Shown here: positions 11,707 through 21,312 of the stretch, piece after piece
Numbering within the stretch: position 1 is the stretch's first letter
Layout of the letters: each line of letters begins with the position of its first letter
DNA from: a virus
Taxonomy: Duplodnaviria > Caudoviricetes
IMG/VR virus record: IMGVR_UViG_3300032288_001772
Location: 1 to 33,679 of that record
Reading direction: 5' to 3' (one strand)
Length of the DNA stretch: 33,679 bases
Position numbers and translations under genes: made by a program
The notes under the pieces: model-generated
The model's database searches: none
The model's input: only the letters and a program-made list of their open reading frames with translations
What the model was told of the DNA's origin: nothing

Positions 11707-12750
11707 TCAGACCGTGGCTTCGGTGTTGAGGATCGAGTCAACGCAACGAATCGGGATGCCGAGGAACGACAGCCACGAAGTGGCGGTGCCGAACTGGCTC
11801 AGACCCTGATTGACTGCGAGAACGTTCTGCGCCTTGTTCATGGCCTGAATCGACAGGTAGCTATGCACCGTTCGATTCATGTAGAACACAGGGCGGCCCA
11901 TCTTGAGATTCGGCGGGCGATACATGGCGCGAGCCATCAGTTTGACAAGCTGAGTGTTTACGTTGTCAGCCTGCGTACCAGTGCTGGTACCAAGGTCGGA
12001 GGGAAGAATGTTGGGGATGCGAACCACATACCTCCAGTCCTTGACCACCAGACCATTCTTCCACTGGTAGCGGGTCACCAGTGCCTGCATGCGGTTCGTG
12101 CTCGAAGCCGAACCAGCGGTAGAGCCTTCGGTGTAAACCGTCTGCTCGCCAAGGTCTTCATGCATGAGACCCGCCTTGCTGCCCTTCGGGAACGGGCAAT
12201 AAACCGTCTGATCACCCCAGACAACGAGGTAGACCGAGGTCATCGAACCCGAAGAAGAACCGCCAGCGGACAGAATGTTCTGACCATTTGCGGCAGAGCT
12301 AGACGAATAGCGGGGAGCCAGACCAAGGAACTCCTTCGGATCAACCGAGGGGTTGCCATAGAAAAGGGTCGTGGCCATGCGCTGGTTCATCGCCTCAAGG
12401 AACGCCGTGTCTTCGGACAGGCGGAACTGCGCGGTGTTGCCATTCAACATCGCGAGATCCTTATCGACCTCCGAGCGGGCCTCAAGAATCGAGCACGCCT
12501 CGTCCACCTGAGCGGTCGTGCTCTTGCTGGACGGGATACCCTGATTCAACGAGCGCCAGTAAACGGTCGGCAGACCAGTGCGGATAACGACGCGCTCGCC
12601 AGTGGGCAGGTTACCCTCCTTAAACACGCAGTCGGTCAGAATCTCGTTGGTCTGCGAAAGCAGCTCAGCAACGACGGGAACCTTGCCGTCTGGATCGGTG
12701 CGCTTAGCCCAATCAGCAAGGGTAAGATTAGTTGCGGTCAACGTAGCCAT
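11707..12750 (-). CDS. Major capsid protein (BPP-1 Bbp17 / epsilon15 gp7-like)
   Basis: TLADWAKR.DPDG, ELLSQTNEIL, RTGLP..YWR, EVDKDLA and GLVVKDWRYVVRI.NI motifs. Confidence 0.95.
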   Translation of the reverse strand: MATLTATNLTLADWAKRTDPDGKVPVVAELLSQTNEILTDCVFKEGNLPTGERVVIRTGLPTVYWRSLNQGIPSSKSTTAQVDEACSILEARSEVDKDLAMLNGNTAQFRLSEDTAFLEAMNQRMATTLFYGNPSVDPKEFLGLAPRYSSSSAANGQNILSAGGSSSGSMTSVYLVVWGDQTVYCPFPKGSKAGLMHEDLGEQTVYTEGSTAGSASSTNRMQALVTRYQWKNGLVVKDWRYVVRIPNILPSDLGTSTGTQADNVNTQLVKLMARAMYRPPNLKMGRPVFYMNRTVHSYLSIQAMNKAQNVLAVNQGLSQFGTATSWLSFLGIPIRCVDSILNTEATV

Positions 12751-12756
12751 GAGTCA

Positions 12757-13395
12757 TCAAGCCTTCTTAGAGTACAGAACATTGGCAAGGTCATTGAATG
12801 TCTGAGGTGCAGCAACCTTGCCGCCCTGAGACCCTGCCACGAAACGATCCTCACTAATCGCCTTTCCGGCGCGATACATGAACCGGATGACCTCCGGGTG
12901 ATCGCCAAGGCCGGAATCGTTCAGCAGACTGCGGAGTTCCTTGGTGCCAAAAGCATCAAGCGCCTTGCGGGCGACGCTTAGGTTGGCATCAAGCTTCTCT
13001 CCCCCAAACTCAGCATCAGCGCGAGTGTTCTGGACCCACTCGTTGCGGATGGTCTGAAGCTGCTGGTTCTGACGCTCCTGAAGCTTGGGAGCCATCGTGT
13101 CGAGAACCTTCTGGGCTGAATCCTGAGTGAGATTCAGTTCCTTCGCGACGTTGCCAAATACTTCCAGTACTTGGGAATCGAACTCGAAGCCTTCGTGAGT
13201 CTTGAACTCATACTTCTCCGGAGCGCCTTGCGGCTTGTCGGAAACGGGCTTCTGTTCCGCAGCTACGGGCTGCGGCGCGTTCTGGGGAGCCTTCTGCTCA
13301 GGTGCCGACGCGGCCTGTGCGGGCGCGGCGGGAGCCTGTGGTGCAACTGCTTGGCCTTCAGTTGGAGTCGTTTCGGGCGCTGTCAGTGCGGTCAT
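12757..13395 (-). CDS. Capsid scaffolding/assembly protein
   Basis: Ala/Pro-rich N-terminus, APEKYEF, AKELNLTQ..AQK and GLGDHPEVIR...GKAISED motifs; directly upstream of the capsid gene. Confidence 0.85.
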   Translation of the reverse strand: MTALTAPETTPTEGQAVAPQAPAAPAQAASAPEQKAPQNAPQPVAAEQKPVSDKPQGAPEKYEFKTHEGFEFDSQVLEVFGNVAKELNLTQDSAQKVLDTMAPKLQERQNQQLQTIRNEWVQNTRADAEFGGEKLDANLSVARKALDAFGTKELRSLLNDSGLGDHPEVIRFMYRAGKAISEDRFVAGSQGGKVAAPQTFNDLANVLYSKKA

Positions 13396-13699
13396 TCGCG
13401 TTCTCTTTCACAAGAGTCGGATACAGTTCTGGACACAGCGCGTGGATCATCGCTAGCAGTTGAAGCCCGTAGTTTCGATTGCCCTCTGCAAATGCCATTT
13501 GCATTGCATTGGGATTGAAGCTCAGGCGGAAAACGCCGGATTGATCCAGAAGCCGCCACACAATGCGTCGGCCCCGCTTGTTGCCCATGAGCCACTTGAA
13601 GTCACCTTCTTCGGTCTCACGGGACAGGCGCTCTCGCATAACCTTCTCGGCCTGCGCACGTTCCTGCCCCCTGATATCGATGGGGTCATAGTTGCTCAC
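13358..13699 (-). CDS. Bbp19-like conserved phage protein
   Basis: KWLM..KRGRRIVWRLL...MAFAEGNRN.GL motif; located before the scaffold gene. Confidence 0.8.
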   Translation of the reverse strand: MSNYDPIDIRGQERAQAEKVMRERLSRETEEGDFKWLMGNKRGRRIVWRLLDQSGVFRLSFNPNAMQMAFAEGNRNYGLQLLAMIHALCPELYPTLVKENANDRTDSARNDSN

Positions 13700-13737
13700 G
13701 CAAAAACCCTAGCCAATAACAAGGCGGCTACGGGTAC
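13700..13737 (-). promoter_or_regulatory. Candidate late promoter (GTACCCGT-N18-TAGGGT-N6-GTG)
   Basis: Intergenic, with the same 8-mer and geometry as 19954-19990. Confidence 0.6.
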
Positions 13738-13755
13738 AGATAGAAACGCAGCAAG

Positions 13756-14136
13756 TCAGCGCCGTCGAATATACGCAACGGCTACGCCAAGGTCGGCGGC
13801 TCCAATAAGAGGGTACGGGGTGTCGTTGCCGTACTTAATGCCGTAGCCGACGCCACCCTTTACGTTGCTCGGGTCGGGGAACCAGCCCGGCTGGACAAGC
13901 CCCTCGTTGACCACCTTGACCAGAGTCCAAGCCGTGGCAATCGACGTAGAAATCGTCTCGACCTCTTCCGCGCTCGGAACGAGGTATGGCTTACGAACCA
14001 GAGATTCAACAACCGTTGCGGTATCCGCAACAGAACGCGACAACTGTCGAGCGACAATGCGCGACTCGACGAGCTGTTCGACCTCTAGGACGTTCTGTTT
14101 CTGTGCGCCCTCACCGTAGAAGAGCGAAAGCAGCAT
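13756..14136 (-). CDS. Hypothetical protein (accessory virion block)
   Basis: 126-aa ORF packed 3 nt after the upstream gene. Confidence 0.6.
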   Translation of the reverse strand: MLLSLFYGEGAQKQNVLEVEQLVESRIVARQLSRSVADTATVVESLVRKPYLVPSAEEVETISTSIATAWTLVKVVNEGLVQPGWFPDPSNVKGGVGYGIKYGNDTPYPLIGAADLGVAVAYIRRR

Positions 14137-14139
14137 GGC

Positions 14140-15573
14140 TCAGATCACCATGATCCTTGCCATGATCGTGCTGTTGTTGATGAGGTTGTAGATGTAGGTG
14201 ATCTTGGTTGCGCCGTCCTTGTAGATCACATCGAACATGCAGTCGCCAATGCGTGCGCCACCGGACGGGTACTGCAACTGAGCAAACGGCATCAACTCAC
14301 TGGTTACGAAGTTGTACTTGTAGAACCTGTGGGTTGCGTCCTTTTGGATGTACAGGAAGTTGCCGTTGTAGGCGTAGCGAGTGCCCGTGGTGAAGGTCTC
14401 GTTAGCCGGGCCATACACAACACCGCTGACCCATGTGTTTGCGGCAATGTCGTAGTAGTCAAGCGTGCCAACGCCGCCAGCACGAAAGCTGTAGATGCGG
14501 CGACCGTTGATGATGGCATTTGTGTTGCTCCACGCGGAGTCAGAGCAATCCCAAACCCAATGACCCGACAAAGCACTTGATGGTGCGGCTGCCCGGGCAG
14601 CAACTGGAGTTAAAACAGTCCAAGTGTTGGTGCTGATGCTGTATCGGTACAGGGTGACAGCAAGGTTGCCCATGAGGTAAATAAAGTCATCGTTGCCCTC
14701 GATGGAGATGGTGCTGTCGATGTCGGGAGGTGTAGTCCACGCAGCCGTCAACGTGAGCAAAGTTGCCGTGTTGCTTGCAACGGTGCGGATCTGGCCAGCC
14801 CCGGTGCCGCTTACGATGCGGACTTGGAAGTTCTTCCACTGGTCAGTGGCCCAGTTGGCAGTCGAATCCTCAACAGCAGAGCCGCCAGTGCCCGTGGCCA
14901 AGAACTCATGGAACTTGACGTAGTCGGTGTCAATCCAACTTGGAGTGGCAATAACTCTTGCGTCAGTGCCAATGCTGGCGGCAAGGTTGGTAATGCTGAG
15001 GTTGGCAGACCAAGTGTTGGTGGCGAAGTCGTAGAAGCGCCACGTTGAACCCTGCGTACCTCCCGATTGAACAAACCAACGCGGAGTAATCAGTCGATAC
15101 TTGGTTGCGTTGGTAAATGCGCTTGCCTGCGTATCCACCGTGATGACGGCGTTGGCCCCGGTTGTGTTTCGCACAATGGGCAACGTTGCCCCAGCATTTG
15201 GGCCTTCAAGGATGTGGATCGAGTACCCGCGCAGATCACGCGCCAGCGTTTGATTGGTCGTGATGGTGCTGGTCGTTCCTGCGGTAGCGGTAAGGAACGC
15301 CACACCAAGAGTTGATCCAGTAGACCACGAAATGGCAGTCCCGCACGCGCCGCCAGTTAGCGTTCCAAGACCGGAGTTCGGGATATTAATCCAACCATCT
15401 TCGTCTGGCTGATAAAGCCAAATGGCTGAGTTGCCAGCGAAGTACATTTGCTGCTGGCGATAATGACGCGACGATGCAATGAACATCGACGTATCCTGCG
15501 TCACGGGCGCGGTTGCCAAAAACTCCCACCGCTTGAGGTCGAGGATCTTCCTGTTGCCGTTCGTAGTTGCCAT
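14140..15573 (-). CDS. Kelch-like beta-propeller virion protein with inserted beta-domains
   Basis: Repeated Y-D/S-x-x-x-N-T-W blades (FYDFATNTWS, YSISTNTWT, YYDIAANTWV); Thr/Gly/Ala-rich. Confidence 0.7.
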   Translation of the reverse strand: MATTNGNRKILDLKRWEFLATAPVTQDTSMFIASSRHYRQQQMYFAGNSAIWLYQPDEDGWINIPNSGLGTLTGGACGTAISWSTGSTLGVAFLTATAGTTSTITTNQTLARDLRGYSIHILEGPNAGATLPIVRNTTGANAVITVDTQASAFTNATKYRLITPRWFVQSGGTQGSTWRFYDFATNTWSANLSITNLAASIGTDARVIATPSWIDTDYVKFHEFLATGTGGSAVEDSTANWATDQWKNFQVRIVSGTGAGQIRTVASNTATLLTLTAAWTTPPDIDSTISIEGNDDFIYLMGNLAVTLYRYSISTNTWTVLTPVAARAAAPSSALSGHWVWDCSDSAWSNTNAIINGRRIYSFRAGGVGTLDYYDIAANTWVSGVVYGPANETFTTGTRYAYNGNFLYIQKDATHRFYKYNFVTSELMPFAQLQYPSGGARIGDCMFDVIYKDGATKITYIYNLINNSTIMARIMVI

Positions 15574-15574
15574 T

Positions 15575-15982
15575 TCAGGTCACCGTGATGTTTCTGCGGA
15601 GGCTGTCTGCGGTAAGAACCGAAAAGTCTTTGTAGGCTTGCCCAACGTCAAAGTTCATGGCACCCATGCGAAGCAACTGATTAAGTGTCGCAACTGTGCC
15701 CATGCTGCTGTTGCCGTCCGTTGTTACACGCAACTGCATCGCTGTGTTGTAGGTCAACCAGTTCGTCACCTTCGCCATCGACTGGATTGCCATGCGCATC
15801 GCTTCAATCGCCTCGATCAACTCGCCGTAACCAGCGACGGGCAGCGGGTTCGTTGCGCTTGCGTCGGCGGCTAGACCATCAGAGCCAACAGAAAGCTTGA
15901 CGCGCTGGTACATCACGCCACTGACATCGTCGGCAGCAATGTTGATTCCAGACCCCGGAGTGTAACTAACGTTGTCGGCCAT
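15575..15982 (-). CDS. Hypothetical virion-associated protein
   Basis: MADNV...IAADDV.GV.YQRVKL...NPLPV N-terminus typical of phage fibre-like proteins; tight packing. Confidence 0.65.
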   Translation of the reverse strand: MADNVSYTPGSGINIAADDVSGVMYQRVKLSVGSDGLAADASATNPLPVAGYGELIEAIEAMRMAIQSMAKVTNWLTYNTAMQLRVTTDGNSSMGTVATLNQLLRMGAMNFDVGQAYKDFSVLTADSLRRNITVT

Positions 15983-15983
15983 T

Positions 15984-16580
15984 TCAGATTCCGTTGAGGG
16001 TGTGGTTCACGAACACCTTGAGGGTGTCGTTCGAGGTCTTGGTGAACGGGGTGCCAAACTCGGCGTGCATCATCAGTGGCTCGCTCGCGCCCGGCGAGGG
16101 GTTCGTGATGATGATGTCCGCGATGTTGGATGCGTTGGCTTCCACCTTCGAGTAGCTGACGGCGTAGGTCACGACATCCACTCCGGCTCCCGTGTTGTCA
16201 ACGTCACTGTCGTTGATCTTCGGGTAGCCAGCCGTAAGCGCCTTCGCACTACCACTCACAAGGCCAACGAGGTTGGCGCGCGTGTTTCCCTTTGCGGGCG
16301 ACGCGCTCGCGCCGTTGTACATCTCGATGATGCCATCAAAGACGTTGGAGCCATCCGTGAAGTTCGTTGTGGCCGCACCAACTGCACGCTGCGCGTAAAA
16401 CAGATCGCCCGCGTCGGTGACGATGTTGCGCGTGATGTGCGTGATCTTCCTGCCCGTGTCCTTGTTTTCGAGAACGGCCACGATGCGCGTGTTGATGACT
16501 TGCGACAAGAGTCCCTCCGAGCCGTCCGCACTCTTGAGGACGGCTAGCACTTGGTCCTTGATGGTTGCCCGCTCGATCAT
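15984..16580 (-). CDS. Hypothetical structural protein (beta-rich)
   Basis: NIVTDAG and FTKTSNDTLKV motifs resemble tail-fibre N-terminal/collar-type domains. ATG 16580 overlaps the upstream stop (ATGA). Confidence 0.65.
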   Translation of the reverse strand: MIERATIKDQVLAVLKSADGSEGLLSQVINTRIVAVLENKDTGRKITHITRNIVTDAGDLFYAQRAVGAATTNFTDGSNVFDGIIEMYNGASASPAKGNTRANLVGLVSGSAKALTAGYPKINDSDVDNTGAGVDVVTYAVSYSKVEANASNIADIIITNPSPGASEPLMMHAEFGTPFTKTSNDTLKVFVNHTLNGI

Positions 16581-17056
16581 TCGGCCTTGCTTGCCAGCTT
16601 GGCCAGCCACGCCTTGGCTTCCGAAATCTGACCAAGCAGGTCGGCAAGTTCCGTTTCCAGTTCCTGCTTCTGAATCTTGAGGTCCTCGGAGACCACGCCG
16701 ATGGACTCCTGCATCTTCTGGGCCTCGTTAACCTCCTCAAGCGCCGCCTGAATATCTGCGGTTGCCTGCTTCTTGGCCTCGTCGATGATGCGCGCGGCCT
16801 GTTCCTCGGCGTGCGCAACAACGTTCTCGGCCTCCTCCGTGGCTACCTCAGCCATCTTGAGAGCGCGCTCCTTGGCCTCTTCGGTCTGCTTCTTGGCCTC
16901 CTCAAGCTCGGCCTTGGCCTTTGCGACCTTGGCTTCAAGCTCGGCCTTGTGCTGGTCAATCTGACCAATCGCCTCAAGAGCATCAGCCGCTTCCTTGAGG
17001 GACTCGAACTGACGGGACAGGGTGCGGATCTGCAACGCGGTTTCGATGTAGCTCAT
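16577..17056 (-). CDS. Coiled-coil protein
   Basis: Ala/Glu/Lys heptad pattern throughout 159 aa. Confidence 0.75.
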   Translation of the reverse strand: MSYIETALQIRTLSRQFESLKEAADALEAIGQIDQHKAELEAKVAKAKAELEEAKKQTEEAKERALKMAEVATEEAENVVAHAEEQAARIIDEAKKQATADIQAALEEVNEAQKMQESIGVVSEDLKIQKQELETELADLLGQISEAKAWLAKLASKAE

Positions 17057-17057
17057 C

Positions 17058-17423
17058 TCAGACTTCCTTCATCAGCAGGTAAACGTCAAGCTTGACCCCA
17101 GTGCCAGAGGTCACGCGAGGACGCAGGTAGCGCGTCAACTCGGGGATCATCTCAATGCGATTGTTGTTCAGGACAAGCGCGTTGCCCTGAAGGTCCGTAA
17201 GCGTCGCGTAGTTCACTCCGTCGTGCGAACCTTCAATGGTCACTGCGCCGCCACCGAAGCTACCAGCGTCAGGGGAGACAACGGCCTGCACCGAACGGTC
17301 TGCACGGTTGGTCCACGGAACAGGCTCGCCGACTGCGTTGTCGCCGACCTCGGTCAAGCCATACCAAACGGTGAGATTGGCGTTGTCCACACCAATCGAA
17401 ACAGTAGTAGACGCGATAGCCAT
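17058..17423 (-). CDS. Small beta-sandwich virion protein
   Basis: VTIEGSHDGVNY..L and RYLRPRVT jelly-roll-like motifs; directly after the portal gene. Confidence 0.7.
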   Translation of the reverse strand: MAIASTTVSIGVDNANLTVWYGLTEVGDNAVGEPVPWTNRADRSVQAVVSPDAGSFGGGAVTIEGSHDGVNYATLTDLQGNALVLNNNRIEMIPELTRYLRPRVTSGTGVKLDVYLLMKEV

Positions 17424-17424
17424 A

Positions 17425-19149
17425 TCAGACCTCAGTAGCCGTAGGTGAGTTGTAGCCAGAGAACATGTTCATCACATCAGTCAGCGCATTGGGCTGGCCA
17501 CCCGTAGGCGACTGAGAAAGATCGCGGACCGTTGCGGCCTGCTGCTGAGCCATCGCTGCCTGCTCCTTCGCGGCAAGCGCGGCATTCCTCTGCTCGCGCA
17601 GCAACGCCACGTTCTCGCTGGCAACGATGAGGTTCGGGTCCACGCCCAGCATGTCGCTGTAGGCGTCAACCCACTCGTCAGCATCGAACTTGTCCAGCAC
17701 ATCCGGCTTCATCTGGGCAACAACACCAAGGTTGCTCACCAGCCTGTCCACCGAGTTGGTGCCAATAGCCTTCTGCGCCTGCGCCAACATCGAGACGAAC
17801 TCGACGTTGATCTCCATGCCCTGCAACTCGGGCGGCGGCGGCGGCACTGCGCCAGATTCCAACATGCGCAGGAACGTGGTCTCGATCATCGGATCGAGCA
17901 TCTCGTTGTGCACGCGCTCCAGCACCGGGCCAAGCTGCACCAGCTTCTCCTCGGACCGCATCGCCACCTCCGTGGCCGTCATGCGCGTGTCAACAGCATT
18001 AGCCAACATCAGGAACAGGTCCGCGTGGAACGCACTGCGAATGCGCTCGCGAACGTCCTGAATGTCCTGCAACAGGTGGTTGAGGTTGAGGTTCACCTCG
18101 AACGCGGTGCGGATGCCGCCCTGCGGGCTCGACGAATCCACATAGGAGATGCCACCCGGCAAGGTCTCGACATCCCGGTTCTTCATCGAGGTCGGGACCT
18201 GCAACGGCGGCTTCGTCTGGTAGTCGATGCCCTGCGCCTTGCGAAGCTGCTCATGCTGCAACTGCTTGATGTCGCCGAGCGCCTCCATGCCGGGCGAGTT
18301 GCCGTAGATGTCGCCGCCGCCAACGGCCCACCTCGGGACGAGCACCGGGAAGTGCTGGAAGCCCGACTCGCGCAGGAACTTGTTCTCCTCCGCGCCGATC
18401 TCGAAGTAGCAAGACTTCCACGGCATGTTGACCGCGTCCCTCTTGCGAACGTCACGCTCGCGCACCTCGCGAGGCTCGATGGCGTGGATGACCGTGATCC
18501 ACTGATCAAGGCTGCCACGGTCGAACAGGTTCTGGACGTTCTTGCTACAGTTCTCGTAGCCGAACTCCTGCACAAGCTCGGCGACGGTCTTCTCGAACTC
18601 GCGGTAGAACGTGTCCACCCGGCCTCGATAATCCGTCGAGATAGCAAACTCGCCAACGGTCACGGGGTAGTGGTGGATCACCCGGTCGTAGTCCGGCAAC
18701 AGGATGCTGCTCGTCGTGCCGAACGCACCCAACTCCTCATACATCCCGTGCAACGTGCGATAGGTGTTGCTGCGGCTGAACACCATCAGCATGCGCTTGG
18801 TCACATCGTCAAGCCAAAGCCTGACCGTGTGGAACTTGTTCAACTCCGGGTCGGCAGTGCTAAGGCGGAACCACGGCCTCGCAGGGCTGGTGGCACCCGC
18901 CATCATGCCCGAGCCAAGGACCTTCAGCGCCCTCGTCCCCGTGTTGTCGTAGATCGCGTTGTGGCGGCGGTCGCCACGGTTGCGGTCCTGCACAAAGTAC
19001 CGCCCGTTGCGGGGCAGAAGATACTGCGTGATCTCCTGCCAGTGCGCCCACCAAGTCGCACGCTCAGACTTCAGCGATCCCCAACGAGTGAGGAGCTTGT
19101 CCCGGCGCGGCGACTTAGGGTGCGATTCTCCGAGCGTGTACTGGTTCAT
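17425..19149 (-). CDS. Portal protein (head-to-tail connector, T7 gp8/Bbp21-like)
   Basis: TSPARPWFRL, VPRW...GDIYG.SP.MEALGD.KQLQ and MTATEV..R.EEKL..LGPV.ER motifs; 574 aa. Confidence 0.95.
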   Translation of the reverse strand: MNQYTLGESHPKSPRRDKLLTRWGSLKSERATWWAHWQEITQYLLPRNGRYFVQDRNRGDRRHNAIYDNTGTRALKVLGSGMMAGATSPARPWFRLSTADPELNKFHTVRLWLDDVTKRMLMVFSRSNTYRTLHGMYEELGAFGTTSSILLPDYDRVIHHYPVTVGEFAISTDYRGRVDTFYREFEKTVAELVQEFGYENCSKNVQNLFDRGSLDQWITVIHAIEPREVRERDVRKRDAVNMPWKSCYFEIGAEENKFLRESGFQHFPVLVPRWAVGGGDIYGNSPGMEALGDIKQLQHEQLRKAQGIDYQTKPPLQVPTSMKNRDVETLPGGISYVDSSSPQGGIRTAFEVNLNLNHLLQDIQDVRERIRSAFHADLFLMLANAVDTRMTATEVAMRSEEKLVQLGPVLERVHNEMLDPMIETTFLRMLESGAVPPPPPELQGMEINVEFVSMLAQAQKAIGTNSVDRLVSNLGVVAQMKPDVLDKFDADEWVDAYSDMLGVDPNLIVASENVALLREQRNAALAAKEQAAMAQQQAATVRDLSQSPTGGQPNALTDVMNMFSGYNSPTATEV

Positions 19150-19150
19150 G

Positions 19151-19501
19151 TCACATGCCCAACATGGTCGTGCGGCCCAAAGTCAGGTCCTCGGGCCTAA
19201 CGCCCTGAGCGCCCGTTAGCATCGTGCTTGCTGACCCTTGGCCAGCGCCCTGCTGCGCAGCTTCCATAATCGCGTTAACGTCCGGCTTCTTGCGGTTGGC
19301 CATCGCCATCGCCTGCTCGCTCGAACGCTGCTGGCTAAGCGCCCGCGCCTCGGCCTGCTTCTGCGCCTGCTCCTGATTGCGCATCGCCTTCTGCTGAGCC
19401 TTGCGGCCCTTCTCGCCGGAGTAGATCGAATACCCGGCCTGCCCTGCACCAAGCACGGCCAGAGCGCCAAGAGCCGCAGCGGTTGAAGAAAAGACTGGCA
19501 T
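19151..19501 (-). CDS. Small virion protein preceding the portal
   Basis: Hydrophobic N-terminus, Gln/Ala helix and STMLTGAQGV...LG..T.LG C-terminus in a conserved pre-portal position. Confidence 0.75.
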   Translation of the reverse strand: MPVFSSTAAALGALAVLGAGQAGYSIYSGEKGRKAQQKAMRNQEQAQKQAEARALSQQRSSEQAMAMANRKKPDVNAIMEAAQQGAGQGSASTMLTGAQGVRPEDLTLGRTTMLGM

Positions 19502-19953
19502 CAGATCACCTTCATGTGCGTGCGTTCCACGGTTTGGTAGTTCATCCGGCCCAACATGTCGGCAACGCCGGACTTACCGTCCAACGCGATATCCGACATA
19601 ACCAAGAACTTGGCCCCCTGCGCCTTGCCCCACTCCTCGAACTTACGCAGGAGCCGAATACCGATAGGGCCGCGATACTTTGGCATAACCCACCAAGCCA
19701 TCTCGACGGCGGTCGGCACGTGCGGCTGGCACCATAGCGAGGACATAAGACCGATAATGGTGCCCACTACCTCGCCATCGACATCGGCCACGAAGATCAT
19801 CGCGCCTGCGTCCATTAGCCGATGGATACCCGTGGCGCAGCTAAGCTCGTCGAACGGCACGGTGCGGCTATATCCCATCTCCGAGAAGAAGTGCGAGCCG
19901 ACCTGCACCAACTGATGCACATCGGTTTCGGTGGCTTCTCTGATAATGGCCAT
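19501..19953 (-). CDS. GNAT-family N-acetyltransferase
   Basis: IREATETD, FVADVDGEVVG and WWVMPKYRGPIGIRLL...WGKAQGA (acetyl-CoA motif A). Confidence 0.85.
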   Translation of the reverse strand: MAIIREATETDVHQLVQVGSHFFSEMGYSRTVPFDELSCATGIHRLMDAGAMIFVADVDGEVVGTIIGLMSSLWCQPHVPTAVEMAWWVMPKYRGPIGIRLLRKFEEWGKAQGAKFLVMSDIALDGKSGVADMLGRMNYQTVERTHMKVI

Positions 19954-19990
19954 TGGGTTAACTTATGCTGTATCCATGGGCAACGGGTAC
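19954..19990 (-). promoter_or_regulatory. Candidate late promoter (GTACCCGT-N17-TAAGTT-N6-ATG)
   Basis: Fills the intergenic gap between terL and the GNAT gene and matches the motif at 13700-13737. Confidence 0.6.
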
Positions 19991-19992
19991 AC

Positions 19993-21312
19993 TCACTTCA
20001 GGGCATACGGATCGTAGTCCTTGATGCGCTTCTGCCTGCCTGCCTCGTCCAACGGGTCGCGCCTGCGGATAGGGGCAGCGAACGTTAACGCCAACGCATC
20101 GGCCATGTCGGGGGACTTGCCGCCTTGCAGGCGTTTCTTGATATCCTCTTTCGCCTCCAGCACTCGACGGCCTGAGGTGTCGTACCAGTAGATCGGCGTG
20201 GCCAACTCCTGCTTCAGGTCTACGTCGTTCGGGATAGCGCCGCCGTTGCGTATCCACTGCGCCATCTCCCACCACATTTCAGCGCGACGGTTCGCATATA
20301 GGTTGGGCTGCACCGCCTTACCCCCGAACGGCACCTCGATAACGTCGTAGCGCAGCATGCGCAGGCGGTCGATAACCCCGGCTCCAGCCCCGCTATCGAT
20401 AAAGACCGCGTCAGGCTCCCAGTCCTCGATAACGTTGGCGACCCTCGACGCTAGGTCCATGTTATCGATGCCCTGATAGACGCGGAACGGATAAGCTTGC
20501 AGCCCCCAGCGTTGGGCTATCACGCTGCGGTCATCGCCAAACCGCGCAGGATCGACGCCTAGCACCTTCGGCGCACGGTCGAGGTCTTGGGGTAGGTACT
20601 CGCGACGAGCCGCTGTTTCGGCGTCCAGCAGGCTCACAAGCTGGTCGCTGCCCGCCGCCGAGAAGTCGCATAGGTACTCGCGAGCGAACGACGCTTCTGG
20701 GGTATCGCGGCGCAGGCGCTCCACCTCGTCCTTATCGATAGCCTGCGTGTCGTAGACGGTATAGCGCGCACTATGCCACTCGGGCGTCGCCTGAGCCTTA
20801 TAGAACAGTTCGCTGAATAGGTTGACGCCGCTCGGTGTCCCGATAAAGAGCGCCCAGCCTCGGCGGTCGGACAACATAGGCTGGACGATATCCTGCCAGA
20901 CCTCTGGCCTAACCTGCGCGACCTCGTCGATAACGACGCCGTCAAGTCGGGCACCGCGTAGCGCGTCGGGGTTATCCGCGCCCAGCACCTTGATGGTCGC
21001 CCCGTTATGCGTGAAGGTTATGGCGAGGTCGCCCTCGTTAACGTCGCAGGCGCTAACGCGGCGCAGCCCTTCGAGCCGGGCCTTTAACCTAGCCCAAGCC
21101 AGCAGCTTCGCCTGCTTGAGATAAGGCGCGATGTACGCGAACAAGGCCAGCGGCTGCTTCGTTTGCAGCGCGGCGTTGATTAACTCCATCAAGGCTAGCT
21201 CGGTCTTGCCCGCTCGGCGATGCAGAGCCAGCACACGGAAGCGCGTGCGGTTAAGGTGGACCTGACGCTGCCAGTCGCGCGGCTCATAACCCAGCCGGAT
21301 AGTGTCAACCAT
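19993..21312 (-). CDS. terL: Terminase large subunit
   Basis: Walker A-like HRRAGKT, Walker B VVIDE, coupling motif FIGTP, and nuclease motifs LGVDPARFGDD and SPDMADAL. Confidence 0.95.
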   Translation of the reverse strand: MVDTIRLGYEPRDWQRQVHLNRTRFRVLALHRRAGKTELALMELINAALQTKQPLALFAYIAPYLKQAKLLAWARLKARLEGLRRVSACDVNEGDLAITFTHNGATIKVLGADNPDALRGARLDGVVIDEVAQVRPEVWQDIVQPMLSDRRGWALFIGTPSGVNLFSELFYKAQATPEWHSARYTVYDTQAIDKDEVERLRRDTPEASFAREYLCDFSAAGSDQLVSLLDAETAARREYLPQDLDRAPKVLGVDPARFGDDRSVIAQRWGLQAYPFRVYQGIDNMDLASRVANVIEDWEPDAVFIDSGAGAGVIDRLRMLRYDVIEVPFGGKAVQPNLYANRRAEMWWEMAQWIRNGGAIPNDVDLKQELATPIYWYDTSGRRVLEAKEDIKKRLQGGKSPDMADALALTFAAPIRRRDPLDEAGRQKRIKDYDPYALK

